64,000 bases of DNA from a phage. Where the stretch lies: the sequence record PZ179880.1; one strand, given 5' to 3'. The translations under genes were made by a program, and so were the position numbers. Numbering within the stretch: the stretch's first letter is position 1; every line of letters begins with the position of its first letter. Under the pieces are notes generated by a model. That model was not told the origin of the DNA. It saw only the letters and a program-made list of their open reading frames with translations, and did not search any database. This document shows, in pieces, positions 61,733 to 64,000 of this stretch.

Positions 61733-62599
61733 ATGTTCATTCAAGAACCAAAGAAATTGATTGATACCGGCGAAATTGGTAACGCTTCTACTGGTGATAT
61801 CTTATTCGACGGTGGTAATAAAATTAATAGTGATTTTAATGCAATTTATAACGCGTTTGGCGATCAGCGTAAAATGGCAGTAGCAAATGGCACTGGTGCT
61901 GACGGCCAAATTATCCATGCTACTGGATATTATCAAAAGCATTCTATCATAGAGTACGCAACTCCGGTGAAAGTTGGTACTAGACATGATATTGATACCT
62001 CTACTGTAGGTGTTAAAGTTATCATTGAAAGAGGCGAACTTGGCGACTGTGTTGAATTTATTAACTCAAATGGATCAATATCAGTTACTAATCCTTTAAC
62101 GATTCAAGCTATTGATTCAATTAAAGGTGTTTCGGGTAATTTGGTAGTAACTAGCCCATATAGTAAAGTTACTTTACGTTGTATTTCATCTGATAATTCT
62201 ACGTCAGTTTGGAATTATTCTATTGAAAGTATGTTTGGCCAAAAAGAATCACCGGCCGAAGGTACATGGAATATTTCTACATCTGGGTCAGTTGACATTC
62301 CATTGTTTCATCGTACTGAATATAACATGGCTAAATTGTTAGTTACATGCCAATCAGTAGATGGAAGAAAAATTAAAACGGCAGAAATAAATATTCTTGT
62401 AGATACTGTTAATTCAGCGGTCATTTCTTCTGAATATGCTGTCATGCGAGTTGGGAATGAAACCGAAGAAGACGAAATCGCTAATATTGCATTTAGTATT
62501 AAAGAAAATTATGTAACGGCGACTATAAGTTCTTCAACTGTCGGTATGAGAGCAGCAGTTAAAGTTATCGCTACGCAGAAAATCGGGGTGGCTCAATAA
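61733..62599 (+). CDS. 9: Baseplate protein gp9 (long tail fibre socket)
   Basis: 288 aa as in T4; late promoter TATAAATA at 61701-61708. Confidence 0.93.
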   Translation: MFIQEPKKLIDTGEIGNASTGDILFDGGNKINSDFNAIYNAFGDQRKMAVANGTGADGQIIHATGYYQKHSIIEYATPVKVGTRHDIDTSTVGVKVIIERGELGDCVEFINSNGSISVTNPLTIQAIDSIKGVSGNLVVTSPYSKVTLRCISSDNSTSVWNYSIESMFGQKESPAEGTWNISTSGSVDIPLFHRTEYNMAKLLVTCQSVDGRKIKTAEINILVDTVNSAVISSEYAVMRVGNETEEDEIANIAFSIKENYVTATISSSTVGMRAAVKVIATQKIGVAQ

Positions 62600-62608
62600 T
62601 GAAACAAA

Positions 62609-64000
62609 ATATTAATATCGGTAATGTTGTTGATGATGGTACCGGTGACTACCTGCGTAAAGGTGGTATAAAAATAAATGAAAACTTTGATGAACTTTAT
62701 TATGAACTTGGTGATGGAGATGTTCCATATTCAGCCGGTGCCTGGAAAACTTATAATGCTTCATCTGGACAAACACTAACGGCAGAATGGGGAAAATCAT
62801 ATGCCATTAATACTTCGTCTGGAAGAGTAACTCTACAACTTCCTAAAGGAACTGTTAATGATTACAACAAGGTAATTAGAGCTAGAGACGTATTCGCTAC
62901 ATGGAACATCAATCCAGTTACTTTAGTAGCTGCTTCCGGAGATACAATTAAAGGGTCGTCATCATCGGTTGAAATTAATGTTCAATTTAGTGATTTAGAG
63001 TTAGTTTATTGCGCTCCAGGACGTTGGGAATATGTCAAAAACAAACAAATTGACAAAATTGTTAGTTCAGATATTAGTAATGTAGCTCGCAAAGAATTTT
63101 TAGTTGAAGTTCAAGGACAAACTGACTTTTTAGATGTTTTCAATGGAACTAGTTATAATGTTAATAACATAAGAGTGAAGCATCGTGGTAACGAATTATA
63201 TTACGGTGATGTATTTAGTGAAAATAGCGACTTTGGCTCTCCAGGGGAAAATGAAGGCGAATTAGTTCCTCTTGATGGATTTAATATTCGATTAAGACAG
63301 CCATGTAATATTGGTGACACCGTTCAAATTGAAACATTTATGGATGGTGTATCACAATGGAGAAGTTCATATACAAGACGCCAAATAAAAGTACTAGATT
63401 CAAAACTAACATCAAAGACTTCATTAGAAGGAAGTATTTACGTTACTGATTTATCAACGATGAAATCAATTCCATTTTCCGCTTTTGGATTAATTCCTGG
63501 TGAACCTATTAATCCTAATTCTCTTGAGGTTCGTTTTAATGGAATTTTACAGCAGCAGGCTGGAACAGCTGGATATCCTCTGTTTTTGTGTGAAGGCGCT
63601 AATTCAGATACGCAAGAAGGATGTATATCTCTTGGCGGCGAATGGAAAGAATCAAACACGGATTATTCTATAGAATATGAAGACGGAAAACCTATCAGTC
63701 TTTTATTTGATAGAAAATTTGAATCCGGCGACATTATCGTTATAACATGGTTCAATAACGATTTAGGAACTCTTTTAGAAAAAGATGACATTATTGAATT
63801 AACAGATGACCGTTATGTTAGCAAAGGATCATCTACTGAAGTTACTGGTGATGTGGCCTTAACAGATTTTGATAAAATCGGCTGGCCAAATGTTGAAAAA
63901 GTTGATTCTTATACTAGAACGTATAATTCAATATCATCTATTTTCGATAGCATTTATCCTGTAGGTTCAATTTATGAAAATGCTATAAATCCAAATAATC
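62609..64000 (+). CDS. 10: Baseplate protein gp10, N-terminal ~463 codons (continues past window end)
   Basis: Hand-read start MKQNINIGNVVDDGTGDYLRKGG matches T4 gp10; no stop before window end. Confidence 0.85.

Overview
This 64 kb window is a contiguous segment of a T4-like (T-even, Tequatrovirus-type) myovirus genome, not a bacterial chromosome. Gene content and order match the T4 map from uvsX to gene 10: early and middle genes on the minus strand (uvsX N-terminus, a glycosyltransferase at the beta-gt locus, 42, imm, 43, regA, 62, 44, 45, rpbA, 46, 47, alpha-gt, 55, nrdH/G/D, 49, nrdC, a long block of small unknown ORFs, rI, tk, regB, denV, e, nudE, a tRNA cluster, 57B/57A, 1, 3, 2, 4), then late baseplate genes on the plus strand (53, 5, 5.4, 6, 7, 8, 9, start of 10). 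Identifications rest on reading the supplied translations against remembered T4 protein sequences and motifs; no database search was run. Differences from the T4 reference, as I recall it, are the main findings: a GT-A glycosyltransferase in place of beta-gt, an intronless nrdD, four genes with internal-protein capsid-targeting leaders (T4 has three), an HNH endonuclease between genes 3 and 2, eleven tRNAs instead of eight, a TARG1/DarG-like macrodomain, and a GrcA-like gene whose 3' half looks host-derived. The nrdC-to-tk block also holds tandem paralogue arrays and a P-loop ATPase/DUF4031/nucleotidyltransferase cluster of unknown function. I cannot single out one system as certainly undescribed; the macrodomain, the coiled-coil paralogue array and the extra internal protein are the best candidates. 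Thirteen early promoters with a fixed 18 bp spacer and recurring UUCG-loop intergenic hairpins were read directly from the sequence.
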